Of a stretch of DNA of 64,000 bases, positions 43,821 to 54,353 are shown piece after piece (within the stretch, counting starts at the first letter, position 1; each line of letters begins with the position of its first letter). The DNA lies in IMG/VR virus record IMGVR_UViG_3300010883_024574, positions 1-64,000 of that record; one strand, 5' to 3'. A program made the position numbers and the translations under genes. The notes beneath the pieces are model-generated. The model made no database searches. It was given only the letters and a program-made list of their open reading frames with translations, and was not told the origin of the DNA. The stretch is from a virus.

Positions 43821-44304
43821 AATATCTATACCTGGAAGAATCATAGACCTACTGTGGTCAGATGATGAATTCTTTAGAGATGTGTCATCGAATAAAAAGA
43901 CGGCTTCTGCTGGCAAGTTTCCAAGGTGCGACCAGTGGTGCGATGATACCGGCTTTCATATGGCCTTTGCATTAGCAGGATACTCGCCGGGAGACGTTGA
44001 TATTGTTGTTAAAAATAATGAACTTTATATAAATGGCCTTGGATCTAAGTTAGAAGCATTTGGCGATACTAAAACATCTGATACGATAGATGATGAGTAT
44101 CCAATCAAGACTCCAAACCTTGGGGTTCAGCAGGGCATGATTGTTCGTGGAATTGCTAGAAGAAATTTTAAAACAAAGTATTTTATAAATCCCTCTTTTA
44201 ATCTTGTAGGCGCAACAGCTTCTATGAGAAATGGATTACTTGAAATCGTAATTCCAAAGAAAGAAGAAGAGGGAGAGAAATCTATTAAGGTAGAGGAGAA
44301 ATGA
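43801..44304 (+). CDS. small heat-shock protein (Hsp20)
   Basis: ALAGY, RGIARRNF, A.MRNGLLEIVIPK, C-terminal I-x-V. Confidence 0.9.
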   Translation: MKELLNRISIPGRIIDLLWSDDEFFRDVSSNKKTASAGKFPRCDQWCDDTGFHMAFALAGYSPGDVDIVVKNNELYINGLGSKLEAFGDTKTSDTIDDEYPIKTPNLGVQQGMIVRGIARRNFKTKYFINPSFNLVGATASMRNGLLEIVIPKKEEEGEKSIKVEEK

Positions 44305-44305
44305 A

Positions 44306-44563
44306 ATGAGTACAAATATTGAATCACTATTAAGAACCATGGTTACTAGCATCGTTGATGATGTAGAGTCGGTAAGCATAGAAGAGGCAGAGACAGATAA
44401 AGAAGGTACGCTTTATGAGGTAAAGGTTGGCAAAGATGATGTTGGAAAGGTCATTGGCAAACAAGGAAGAATTGCTAGCGCCATAAGAACGGTTGCAAAG
44501 GCGGCTGGCGCAAAGAATGGTGAGAAGATTATGATTAATGTATTTAATAAACCTTTGGAGTAA
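44306..44563 (+). CDS. khpA: KH-domain RNA-binding protein (KhpA/UPF0109 family)
   Basis: IVD...V, D.GKVIGKQGR.A.AIRTV; ~85 aa. Confidence 0.88.
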   Translation: MSTNIESLLRTMVTSIVDDVESVSIEEAETDKEGTLYEVKVGKDDVGKVIGKQGRIASAIRTVAKAAGAKNGEKIMINVFNKPLE

Positions 44564-44567
44564 ATAT

Positions 44568-44948
44568 ATGACCATTGTTAACTGGAGACAAAAATGTTTA
44601 AACTATCCAAGCATTATGTTTGGAAGGGCTGTTCAAAATGCCAGAAACAGAGCAAAGAAAAGGGATATACCTTTTGAATTAACAAAAGAGTATATAGTGG
44701 CTTTATTTGAAGAACAGGATGGAAAGTGTTTCTATTCTGATATAAGGCTAAATATTGTTAAAAAGAATAAGGATCGAACACATGATCCTTTTAAGATGTC
44801 TTTAGATTGCGTGGTTCCAGGCTTGGGATACGTAAAAGGAAATGTTGTATGGTGCGCTTATTGCGTAAATGCACTTAAGCTAAAGATGTCAAAAGAGGAT
44901 ATGATAGAGGTATGCAGACATATAGTCAAAAAGACTGATAGTGTTTGA
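44568..44948 (+). CDS. HNH-like endonuclease family protein
   Basis: Q.GKCFYS, SLD.V...GYVKGNVVWC...N..K. Confidence 0.75.
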   Translation: MTIVNWRQKCLNYPSIMFGRAVQNARNRAKKRDIPFELTKEYIVALFEEQDGKCFYSDIRLNIVKKNKDRTHDPFKMSLDCVVPGLGYVKGNVVWCAYCVNALKLKMSKEDMIEVCRHIVKKTDSV

Positions 44949-45184
44949 TAGATTGTAGCGGAGGAGCTGTGTCGTCAAAGGTGCTTAAAGCAGAAGATGT
45001 AGAAAGAATAAAGAGCAAAGTCAACAAGATGTATGAGAACTATGGCATTGTTGTGGACGGCCTTGATGAGGGCGATGTAGCTAGGGTATATAGGTATTAT
45101 ATTGATAAAGAAGAGGAGTTAAACGCAGATCATCAAAAGTCCAAGAAATACATAGGATCATTTGATGATGATGATATAATATAG
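44945..45184 (+). CDS. hypothetical protein
   Basis: ORF; true start may be a downstream GTG after GGAGGAG. Confidence 0.55.
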   Translation: MIDCSGGAVSSKVLKAEDVERIKSKVNKMYENYGIVVDGLDEGDVARVYRYYIDKEEELNADHQKSKKYIGSFDDDDII

Positions 45185-45251
45185 GCTACTATTAATATTT
45201 GAGATTATATCGTTATATGCGCGCATACGCTTGCGTTGAAGGGTGATAAAT

Positions 45252-45536
45252 ATGGTAAATAAAAAAGATTTGGCTAAAAAGGTTGCAGCGAAGACGCTTC
45301 TGTCTCAGAAGGAGGCTTTGCAGGTCATAGATGGACTGATCGATACAATAGTGGAATCATTAGAAGAAGACGGAGAAGTGTCAATAGTTGGGTTTGGAAA
45401 GTATTATTTATATACACACGCAGCTCGACCTGTTAGAAACCCAAAGACACAAGAGGAAATGGTGCTAAAGCCTTATAAGTCTGTTAAGTTTAAAGTAAGT
45501 GACAAAATTAAAAAGCATTTTAAGAATTTAAAATAA
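45252..45536 (+). CDS. HU/IHF-family DNA-binding protein
   Basis: NKKDL, V.IVGFG, AR..RNPKT.E, VKFK. Confidence 0.93.
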   Translation: MVNKKDLAKKVAAKTLLSQKEALQVIDGLIDTIVESLEEDGEVSIVGFGKYYLYTHAARPVRNPKTQEEMVLKPYKSVKFKVSDKIKKHFKNLK

Positions 45537-45545
45537 AGGATTATA

Positions 45546-48500
45546 ATGGCTACGGATAGCGATGGCAAGCTTACAAAATTTGAATCCTCAGTTACAGTTG
45601 TTACTGCCGAATTAGCAAACTCTTTATTTGGAGGATTATACGGTACAAGCGAAGTGGCGTCGAAAGACACGTACCACCCACTCGCGCACGGACACGTGCA
45701 TGATGGCGAACACATTGATGGTCACGCCTCTCCAGTAAGCCTGTCAGAGCCTTACCATATAAGAGGGGTCCTGGTTCATGACAACCTAGGTGATGATGCG
45801 GTGATGAAGAACAATGTTTTTGACTCTATCTACCAAGACGATGTCATCCCAGAGTACGAAGAAATAGGCGGTGAGATACGTTACTACCTTGACCTGAGAT
45901 CTATTAGGTCAGACTTTATATTTAGAGAAGTACAGGACCCCGCAGGTGATAGAGGCCTACTGTCGGGGGCTGAAAATAAACTTATAAGGCAACGCAAGCA
46001 GCATTGGGACGGAAGTGCGTGTGCTGATATAGCAGATATTTGGGAAGACGCAGAACCTAATGGATATGACTTTGTCTTTGGATCAGAATCTCTTGAAGAT
46101 TTAGATCTCTTGGGGGCTGGAGATAATAGATTTTTATTTGATAAATCAAAAGGAGCCTTTAGAGCAGGCGGGGTTGAGGGGACCAAGTGGGACAACGCTA
46201 ACCGAGGAAACTACTCTGTAGCCTTTGGAAAAAATACTAAAGCATCTGGAAACAAATCAGCTGTTGGTGGAGGCGAAAACAATGAGGCATCTGGGATAGA
46301 GTCAACAGTCTCCGGCGGTGACTCAAACAAGGCAGAGGCAAGCAACTCCACCATTGGTGGTGGTCAGCAAAATGAAATAGACAATATGTCAACCGACTCC
46401 ACCATTGGTGGAGGCACAACAAACATAATAGACAATGGATCATTATCCGCTACGATTGGTGGTGGATTTGTAAACAAGATAGATAGTGGATCGGTTTATT
46501 CTATCATCGGCGGGGGCTTTCAAAATAAGATAATTGATACAAGCGAAGTGGCATCGACAACACACTCTGTCGTTTCGGGAGGCGGTGATAATAAAATAGA
46601 TAATGGCTCAACCCATTCCACCATCGGGGGCGGCACAACAAATACCATAGATAATGCATCAATCGAGGCAGCTATTAGCGGTGGCAGCACAAACGTAATA
46701 GACAACGGATCATCAGGATCTTGTATCGGCGGTGGCAATAATAACACTATAGACCTATCGGGTCTATCTACTCTTTCTGGCGGTCAGCACAACAAGATAG
46801 ACGCGGCATCATCCTTTTCTGCGATAGCTGGAGGAGGGGGAGTGGCCGAGGCTGATGGTAATTATATTTCTGGTGCATTATCCTCTTTCATTGGAGGCGG
46901 CACAGGCAACACTATAACAGACGCAGGATCGGTTATTGGTGGAGGCATTGATAACACGGCATCAGGCGGAGGCTCGACCGTAGGTGGTGGAGCAAACAAT
47001 AGTGCCCTTGGAGATTACTCTGTTGTATCCGGTGGCGGCGGGGCGAATCTTGCCGACAGAAACTCTGCATCATCCCCAGGCTCTTTCGTCGGCGGTGGCC
47101 GGTCGAATGATGCGCAGGGGAGTTATTCGGTTATTTGCGGCGGTGATAACAACGAAGTAAGTAGCGACAGTTCCGTTATCGTCGGTGGAAATAATAATGA
47201 TATAACTGGCAACTCTCAGTTCTCTATAATCGCCGGAGGAGGCGGAGCTGCCGGAGAGGGAAACGCTATAGGTGTTGAGTACATAACTACTTATAGCGGC
47301 CTACTCACAGCTCCGCCAACCCCATCTCCTGTTTCTGGAATATTTGGCGGGAAGAAGAACCGTGTTGTAGGCGGGCTTGATACAAGCGGCAATCCTGTTG
47401 GAGAATTTAACTTTATAATAGGCGGCTTACAAAATGGCATAGGCGCAGTAGAAGGGTCGGTTGAATCCTGTTACATATTAGGTGGTACGCAAAATGATAT
47501 CATTGCAAGCCAGCCTGTTGGCTCTGTTATAAGAAACTCAATGATTGGAGTTGGTGATACTAATGTTTTAGCAACTGCAGGCGGTCTCGTTATAGACTAT
47601 TGTGCAATTTTCTCTGGGTTAAGCAATCTAATAGAAGTGAAACAAAACCCTGGCTCAGAGGCCTTATTTTGTACAATTTTAAACGGACACGAAAATAAAA
47701 TTATAACTGCAGGACAGACCTCCTCGATAATTGGCGGCTCTAATAATGAGATCTCTTCTGCCTCAGGCGCCTTTTCATCTACTACAACAGCCACGTCAAC
47801 AATTATTGGTGGCTATAAAAACAAAATAGATAGCTGTCATGGCTCTATAATAGGCGGCGGTGGAACGCAGATAGATCCGCTGGGAAACCCCCTTCCGCCA
47901 TATACTATTGCAGGTGGAAGCACTGGCAATGAAATAAACAATTCTCATTATACTTCGATATTAGGAGGAAGTTCCAACAAGATAGATGAGCAGTCTCACT
48001 TTTCTACCATTTTATCTGGAGAAGATAATCTTATTACAAACCTCGCCACATGGTCGAGCATCCCTTATGGATCAAAAAATATAGTTAAATCTTATGGAGG
48101 AACGAAAACAAGTCATGCTTCAGCAGCTGGCCTTGAAAGCTGCTCTTATACTTTTGGGCAGGACTCTTTATCCTCTGGAAACTTTGATGTATTGGGAGAT
48201 ACATATCTTCAAACCTATGCTCCAAATCCAGCTATTGGGACGCCTGGAGTTTATGGGGGGAACACCCTCGTCGGAGAAACAGGTGGTGCTCAATCATTTA
48301 TTTTAAATGCCTTTGGACATTGGCGGTATTTGGAACCTCATATTGTAGATCCAGCAAGCTCTCCGAATTTCGGAGAATATGTTGCATACTTTGATGGCAA
48401 CAGCGTTATGTTTCAGCCAAGAGAGAATTCTGTTTATAGCTTTAATTTGCATTGTGTTTTGAGTTTTACTGAGGCTGGCGCAGCAAATGTACATCATTTT

Positions 48501-48824
48501 ATATCATTTGATTACAAGGGCGGCATATCTGTCGGCCACGATGGCGTCTTGAATGTGATGCATTATGGAGCAGGCCCCATCTTTGTCAACCATAACTCTA
48601 GTGCAGCAACCATATCTAATACTGCTGCTGCTGATTTTCAGGTAAGGTTTACACATGATTTTGCAGTACCAGTACATGAGGTTGCTCCAGGCGCCGCTAT
48701 AGCTCTTTCTCCAATGGCAATTTGGGTGAAGAATACTTCAAACCCAGGCACTTGGACGGCATCGTCCTTATCTGTAAGGGCGGAGTTCGTAGAGTGCAGA
48801 CTATATTATAGAGGCTTTATGTAA
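45546..48824 (+). CDS. putative tail fibre/adhesin with beta-helix-like S.IGGG..N repeats
   Basis: dozens of ~14-16 aa GG..N repeats; KGAFRAG motif; N-terminal module shared with the next gene. Confidence 0.75.
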   Translation: MATDSDGKLTKFESSVTVVTAELANSLFGGLYGTSEVASKDTYHPLAHGHVHDGEHIDGHASPVSLSEPYHIRGVLVHDNLGDDAVMKNNVFDSIYQDDVIPEYEEIGGEIRYYLDLRSIRSDFIFREVQDPAGDRGLLSGAENKLIRQRKQHWDGSACADIADIWEDAEPNGYDFVFGSESLEDLDLLGAGDNRFLFDKSKGAFRAGGVEGTKWDNANRGNYSVAFGKNTKASGNKSAVGGGENNEASGIESTVSGGDSNKAEASNSTIGGGQQNEIDNMSTDSTIGGGTTNIIDNGSLSATIGGGFVNKIDSGSVYSIIGGGFQNKIIDTSEVASTTHSVVSGGGDNKIDNGSTHSTIGGGTTNTIDNASIEAAISGGSTNVIDNGSSGSCIGGGNNNTIDLSGLSTLSGGQHNKIDAASSFSAIAGGGGVAEADGNYISGALSSFIGGGTGNTITDAGSVIGGGIDNTASGGGSTVGGGANNSALGDYSVVSGGGGANLADRNSASSPGSFVGGGRSNDAQGSYSVICGGDNNEVSSDSSVIVGGNNNDITGNSQFSIIAGGGGAAGEGNAIGVEYITTYSGLLTAPPTPSPVSGIFGGKKNRVVGGLDTSGNPVGEFNFIIGGLQNGIGAVEGSVESCYILGGTQNDIIASQPVGSVIRNSMIGVGDTNVLATAGGLVIDYCAIFSGLSNLIEVKQNPGSEALFCTILNGHENKIITAGQTSSIIGGSNNEISSASGAFSSTTTATSTIIGGYKNKIDSCHGSIIGGGGTQIDPLGNPLPPYTIAGGSTGNEINNSHYTSILGGSSNKIDEQSHFSTILSGEDNLITNLATWSSIPYGSKNIVKSYGGTKTSHASAAGLESCSYTFGQDSLSSGNFDVLGDTYLQTYAPNPAIGTPGVYGGNTLVGETGGAQSFILNAFGHWRYLEPHIVDPASSPNFGEYVAYFDGNSVMFQPRENSVYSFNLHCVLSFTEAGAANVHHFISFDYKGGISVGHDGVLNVMHYGAGPIFVNHNSSAATISNTAAADFQVRFTHDFAVPVHEVAPGAAIALSPMAIWVKNTSNPGTWTASSLSVRAEFVECRLYYRGFM

Positions 48825-51800
48825 TGGCATCGGATAGTGATACAAAACTGACCAGATATACATCAGCAGTAACCGTGATTACTGCAGATGTTATGAACGC
48901 CTTGTATGGTGGAGAGTATGGTTATAATACTATTGTGGACGAATATGATCCCGTTATCTATGGGCATGTTCACGACGGAACACATGCAGATGGTCATGCA
49001 TCAAAGGTGCTGTTAACTTCAGGGGCCCACGTCCGGGGCCATTTAGCACACGAAAACCTTGGAGGACACGACGGATCAATTCCCGCTGTTCAGTTCAGCA
49101 ACATACAGTGTTATCCAGAGAGTATATATGGAAGGCCATCGGAATATGCGGAACCATTCGCAATACCCGAGTATACAGAGGAAGGCGGAGAAAGATGTTA
49201 TTACTTAGACCTTTCTATGACAATAGGTGGTGACGACACACATGTTCAATACAATAAAGACGGCGAATTCGGCGGGGACTCTGGATTTATATATGACTAT
49301 GAAAACGGAAGAGTTGGAATAGGCGAAGATAGCCCTAGTTACTCTTTGGACATAGGTCATCCAGAAGATGCTAAGCAGTTAAGAGTTAGAGGAGGCTGGG
49401 ACGATAGTCTTGATAGTAATTCAAGAATAGTTTTAAATGATAGTAACTTTGGAATTGGAGCGGGACAGTATGGATCTGGAGGCAGCGAGGATGCAACTGT
49501 CATCTGGAGCTATGAAGGGGCAGGCAGAGGCATATTGTTCGCAAGCACCCCGGCCTGGGGTTCTACATATACTTTTGAACAAATGAACCATAATATGTTC
49601 ATAGCCGGAGATACAGGCCGAGTTGGAATAGGAACGGTTAAGCCTGACTCGTTGTTTCATGTGTCGTCAAAAGCATCTGGAGAGGGAACGATTACTCTTT
49701 CTCAACATAATGATGACGTAGATGGACCAAGCTTTATCTTTGAAAAGGCAAGACTTGATCCATCAGACAATATTGCATCTGCTGCTCCCGGTGACTTTTT
49801 GGGGTCAGTTCAGTTTTATGGATACGATGGATCTGGCAATGATCTTTGGGCCGGAATATTCTCGTCAGTAGATGGGGTTCCGGCCTCCGGCACATCACGT
49901 CCATCTGATTTATCCTTTTGGACAACAGAGAATACAACGACTGACTTGTTGCAAAGAATGGTTATAAACAACGAAGGTAATGTTGGAATAAACGAAACCT
50001 CTCCAACTACGTTTTTACATATAACAGGAGATGGTGCAAATCCACCTGTTATAGTTGAAAACATGATAGCAGGATCAGGTACGGTTGTCGTATGGGACTC
50101 TGGAACAAATGAGTTTAAAGTAGACTCTACCATTGGATCAGATCAAAATGTTTTTGATGATATAACCCTAACAAAGACGGGGACAGGCACATCGTCTGGC
50201 GGCCCAATAGTGGCCGATGATACATCAGATACGTTAACCTTGATAGCCGGAGACGGAATAGACTTAAGTGGGAATGCAGGCGCTGATAGTATCACGATAA
50301 CATCCACCGCAATAGCCGTCCCCGGTGGGAACAATACAAACATTCAGTTTAATGACTCCGGATCATTCGGAGGAGATGATGGGTTCTATTATAACAAAAC
50401 CCCTAGTGATCCGGTAGTCTCTATATTAAATACAGATCCAGAGAATGCAGGTGGCGGAAGAAAGACGGTGCTTTCTTTTGAGGGAACAGATAGCAGTGGA
50501 AATGAAGCTGCGCTTGCAAGCTTGCAGGCATCTCATGAGGGCGATCTGGCCGATAGCAAAGGTCAGCTTAATATTTTTGTTAATGATGGAGTCACCGGGC
50601 CGGAGCCTGTTATAAAGATTTCTAGCAATGGCTTTACTGGAATCGGAGCAGTCAACGACGGCGAGCCAGTAAGAAGATTGCATATAAAGCAGTATGAAGT
50701 TCCGCCATTAAGGATAAATGATCTCTCCTATGGAGAGGGCATAGTGATGGTGTGGGATCCGAATTTAGGAGATGTATATGTCGACCCTACTGCTGGTAAC
50801 ATGTCGCCTCAACCAAGCAGTAAGGTCTGGCCTCCCCCGGCTATAGACGGCGGCCCGACAGATGTTGTTTTTGACAAAAATGATTCAGGCGGAATCATTA
50901 TTATTAAAGGCCCATGGAATGGCTCAGGTAAAGTGGTTCTGCCAAGCGTTCCGCCGTCAGCAGGGGAGGGAGGTTCGTGGGATAATGGTGACCATTTTTG
51001 GATAAAGAACTTTAGTAAAGATGTCGAAAATGAAAACTTTATCTCTATTCAAATAAGCTCGGACAATGCGAACGATACTTTGGATGGAGATCAGTTTGAT
51101 AACTCATTCACATTAGGCCCGAAACATACCGTTCATATATCTTGCTTAAAGCAAGAGGGTTCTCAGATTAATCAATGGATTATAATTTCTCACTATCATC
51201 CGTTTGAGCAACAGGAGCAGGCCAACGATAACAGCCCGCCTGTAGCGGAAATAGCAGGGGAGTACTCGGGTGGGGATAATGAGCCCACAGTTCAGGTTAC
51301 AGGTGGGGATACGATTTTGGCAGGAACCGTTGTAACTATAGATGGATCAAACTCATATGATATGGATATAGATCCATTGACATATATATGGTCTGGAACT
51401 GTAGATGGAGGCGTAATAATCATGCCAGGCCCTGATGTTGTAAATTTTGAGATTGATACAACAGAAGTTGCAGGCTCTACGCTGACTGTTGGGTTAAAAG
51501 TTAATGACGGATCTGTAGACAGCCCAGAGGTGTTTTTAACCTTTGATGTGGTTGCGAATCAGAAACCGGTAATTACACTGATTGGTTCTTCGCCGCTTGA
51601 GCTAGATGCCGGAAGTCTAGATATATATACAGATGATGGAGCAACCGCTTATGATGATATAGACGGAGATATATCTGCAGACATTGTGGTTTCCGGAGAT
51701 ATCGTGAATATGGATTCGGTTGGACAATATATAATTAATTACAACGTAACGGACTCTATGGGTCTGTCAGCAGATACTGTATCTAGAGTTGTTAATATAA

Positions 51801-53662
51801 ATGCTGTAAACCAGAAGCCTGTTGCTGCTTTGTATGTAAGCAGCGCAGAGCCGTACTCAACCCCCATTTCTAACTCTTTAAGCGCTGACTCAATATACTT
51901 AAACGGAGAGGGAAGTAGCGATCCAAACGGAGATTCTATTGTAACTTATTCTTTCAGCGAGCAAGTCGATGGATCATACAATACTCTTCTAGAGAGTTCA
52001 AATGACAAAGTGCCGATTGGCTCTCCAGGCGGAGGAACGCATACTTTTAGACTTATAGTTAATGATGGAAATCTAGATAGCGATCCTGTTTATGCCTCTC
52101 TAACAGTTAATCACAGACCCGTAGCTGTAGCAACAGGAGATGCCTCTGGCACAGTTGGGCAGGCCGTGAGTTTGGATGGCTCTTCTAGTTATGATAACGA
52201 TAATGAAGACACCCTTACTTATGAGTGGAGCTTTGTAAGCAAGCCTGCTCAATCTAATCTTACCGACGTGAATTCGCCAAATAGCGAAACTCCATCATTT
52301 ACTCCGGACGCTTCTGGCGACTATACCGTTAGGTTAATTGTAAGTGATAGCAAGGAATATAGTTTGCAGGATACTGTCGATACCACGGTATCTGAAGCGA
52401 ATCAAGCACCGGATGTTACGGTAACGCTTAATGACGGAAATGTTTATGAGGTAGGAGAGAACATCGTTGTTCATGCAGATGCAAGCGATACAGATGGTTT
52501 CTTGGTTTCTTATAACTGGTATTTGCCATCAGATGAGGCTGGGTACCCAGTAGGTTCAAACCCACAGTTAACTGATAGCGGTGGTAGCTTCTCAGGCGAC
52601 ACTCAAGTGGAGGCCTTTCAAACTACGTTCACCACAGATATGGCCGGAACTTACAAGGTTAGAGCAAGAGTCTATGATGGAGAGTTTTATAAAAATGATG
52701 ATGTAATGTTTACAATGGCTGCTGCAAATGTAGGCCCCTCCGTTTCTATCACCAGTGTGGCAGGTGATTTGTTTACAGATAGCACAATAACACTAACCTC
52801 TGTAGCATCAGATGACGACGGAACTATAGAGTCTTATCTATGGACCGTAGAGTCTGCTGCAGACGGGGGCGGTAACTCAATAGGCGTAGATACATACTCG
52901 TTTGTTGACAATTCTGTTTCGGAATCTAGCTTTATAGCAACCATATCTGGAACTTATAAGATTAGGGTAACGGTTCAGGATGATGACAGTGCAAGCGCCT
53001 ATGATGAGACAAATGTAGAGATTGCTCAAGCTGCAGCAAACACCCTTCCAGCTGCGGTTGTAACACAGATATCTGTTACCACTGAGCAGGGGCAGGGGTG
53101 GGGGATAGATCTGGACTCCTTCTTGCCCGATAATGATATGATTCAGGCTTTTGACTTAGTTCCAACTTATGACTTCGTCGGAGGAGATGGTGATCCAGAC
53201 GTTCCGAACATGGGCTTTGATTTCTCTGAAGCCGAGTTGCCCCCTAATGCTGAAGACTTTTATAATACAACCATTGGAAAGAATGATTATATATTCTTAT
53301 GGGGAGGTAAGTCATCCGATGCAGAGGATACTGGAGGCGACTATGATTGGCAAGATCTTAGCTTTGAATTAACATACAATTGGAAATTTACGCAAGTCCC
53401 AGCAGGCTCCGTGTACGAACCATACGTAGGAACTGATAACCCTACAATATCAGGGGTTGGTGCGCCTGTCTGGTATAATGGTATGTATGTTTTCCCGGTC
53501 GAAAATAGAAGCCCCATATTAAAATTCCGACCAGACCGGGTAGGATCTTATAAGATGCAGTTGACAATTGAAGATTCTTCAGGGGGAGTCGATAAGTTTA
53601 TTTGCTGGATCTTCGTATACACTCAGCCAGGGCTGCCAATTTCCGTTCCCCAACTTCCCTAG
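48824..53662 (+). CDS. putative tail fibre/virion protein with VGIG fibre repeats and C-terminal PKD/Ig-like domains
   Basis: GRVGIG and GNVGI segments; two GG....Q(Y/F)N..G.FGGD.GF motifs; several P.A...DGS.S.D...Y.W...L.V.D domains; one DUF5011-like KPVITLIG domain. Confidence 0.8.
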   Translation: MASDSDTKLTRYTSAVTVITADVMNALYGGEYGYNTIVDEYDPVIYGHVHDGTHADGHASKVLLTSGAHVRGHLAHENLGGHDGSIPAVQFSNIQCYPESIYGRPSEYAEPFAIPEYTEEGGERCYYLDLSMTIGGDDTHVQYNKDGEFGGDSGFIYDYENGRVGIGEDSPSYSLDIGHPEDAKQLRVRGGWDDSLDSNSRIVLNDSNFGIGAGQYGSGGSEDATVIWSYEGAGRGILFASTPAWGSTYTFEQMNHNMFIAGDTGRVGIGTVKPDSLFHVSSKASGEGTITLSQHNDDVDGPSFIFEKARLDPSDNIASAAPGDFLGSVQFYGYDGSGNDLWAGIFSSVDGVPASGTSRPSDLSFWTTENTTTDLLQRMVINNEGNVGINETSPTTFLHITGDGANPPVIVENMIAGSGTVVVWDSGTNEFKVDSTIGSDQNVFDDITLTKTGTGTSSGGPIVADDTSDTLTLIAGDGIDLSGNAGADSITITSTAIAVPGGNNTNIQFNDSGSFGGDDGFYYNKTPSDPVVSILNTDPENAGGGRKTVLSFEGTDSSGNEAALASLQASHEGDLADSKGQLNIFVNDGVTGPEPVIKISSNGFTGIGAVNDGEPVRRLHIKQYEVPPLRINDLSYGEGIVMVWDPNLGDVYVDPTAGNMSPQPSSKVWPPPAIDGGPTDVVFDKNDSGGIIIIKGPWNGSGKVVLPSVPPSAGEGGSWDNGDHFWIKNFSKDVENENFISIQISSDNANDTLDGDQFDNSFTLGPKHTVHISCLKQEGSQINQWIIISHYHPFEQQEQANDNSPPVAEIAGEYSGGDNEPTVQVTGGDTILAGTVVTIDGSNSYDMDIDPLTYIWSGTVDGGVIIMPGPDVVNFEIDTTEVAGSTLTVGLKVNDGSVDSPEVFLTFDVVANQKPVITLIGSSPLELDAGSLDIYTDDGATAYDDIDGDISADIVVSGDIVNMDSVGQYIINYNVTDSMGLSADTVSRVVNINAVNQKPVAALYVSSAEPYSTPISNSLSADSIYLNGEGSSDPNGDSIVTYSFSEQVDGSYNTLLESSNDKVPIGSPGGGTHTFRLIVNDGNLDSDPVYASLTVNHRPVAVATGDASGTVGQAVSLDGSSSYDNDNEDTLTYEWSFVSKPAQSNLTDVNSPNSETPSFTPDASGDYTVRLIVSDSKEYSLQDTVDTTVSEANQAPDVTVTLNDGNVYEVGENIVVHADASDTDGFLVSYNWYLPSDEAGYPVGSNPQLTDSGGSFSGDTQVEAFQTTFTTDMAGTYKVRARVYDGEFYKNDDVMFTMAAANVGPSVSITSVAGDLFTDSTITLTSVASDDDGTIESYLWTVESAADGGGNSIGVDTYSFVDNSVSESSFIATISGTYKIRVTVQDDDSASAYDETNVEIAQAAANTLPAAVVTQISVTTEQGQGWGIDLDSFLPDNDMIQAFDLVPTYDFVGGDGDPDVPNMGFDFSEAELPPNAEDFYNTTIGKNDYIFLWGGKSSDAEDTGGDYDWQDLSFELTYNWKFTQVPAGSVYEPYVGTDNPTISGVGAPVWYNGMYVFPVENRSPILKFRPDRVGSYKMQLTIEDSSGGVDKFICWIFVYTQPGLPISVPQLP

Positions 53663-53680
53663 TTGAAAACAAGGTTTTAA

Positions 53681-54034
53681 ATGAATGCTTATATTTTATT
53701 GGGATGTAATGGGTTTACAGATGCAAGCAGCTTTAAATACTGCAGTTCTGCTTTAAACCCAATAGTTGACCTATCAATGTTAGATTCAGGGGATCAAGAT
53801 AAGGTTGCTAATTTTTTAGACAATGCCTGTGGATTGCTTGTCGCGCCTTGTTACGATTACAATAAATGCATTAATATTGTTAATTTTTTATACCGGCAAT
53901 TTAGTATTATAGACGAAGACGGGCTGCATAGAATACAGGGGTTTTTAAAGATGCACAGAAGATGCGGCCTGTATATTATGTTAACTTCAAAAGAGGATTA
54001 TAATGAGCGATGTGAAGCTTCCGAGCAACAATAA
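53681..54034 (+). CDS. hypothetical protein
   Basis: ORF in an overlapping run. Confidence 0.65.
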   Translation: MNAYILLGCNGFTDASSFKYCSSALNPIVDLSMLDSGDQDKVANFLDNACGLLVAPCYDYNKCINIVNFLYRQFSIIDEDGLHRIQGFLKMHRRCGLYIMLTSKEDYNERCEASEQQ

Positions 54035-54353
54035 GTATATGGATTCTAAAAAGCACGAGAAAAATAATATAGAAAATGCTTTCAATGATTTTAAGAAATT
54101 GTTAGCAGACAAGACTCACCCCGATAATCAAACTCCAGCTTATCACAACAATGTGGTATCTACTCTCAACAGGCTACTTGTGTCTGCGGATGAATTAGAT
54201 GGAGTAAACCCTGGAGAGGGAATTTTTGGATTAATAGTTTTGGCCCTTAGGTCTTGTTTGAAGTTAAGCGATGACAATGTAAAACTAGAAGTAGAATTGA
54301 GAGACTTAAGGCTGGAAATAAATAGGCTTAAGAAAAATCAGAAGGCAAGATGA
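54003..54353 (+). CDS. hypothetical protein with a C-terminal coiled coil
   Basis: GAGGA RBS. Confidence 0.7.
   Translation: MSDVKLPSNNKYMDSKKHEKNNIENAFNDFKKLLADKTHPDNQTPAYHNNVVSTLNRLLVSADELDGVNPGEGIFGLIVLALRSCLKLSDDNVKLEVELRDLRLEINRLKKNQKAR

Noticed and set aside
44568-44948. HNH protein as part of an intron or mobile element
   Set aside because: The flanking genes are intact and no intron structure or terminal repeats are visible; treated as a free-standing gene.
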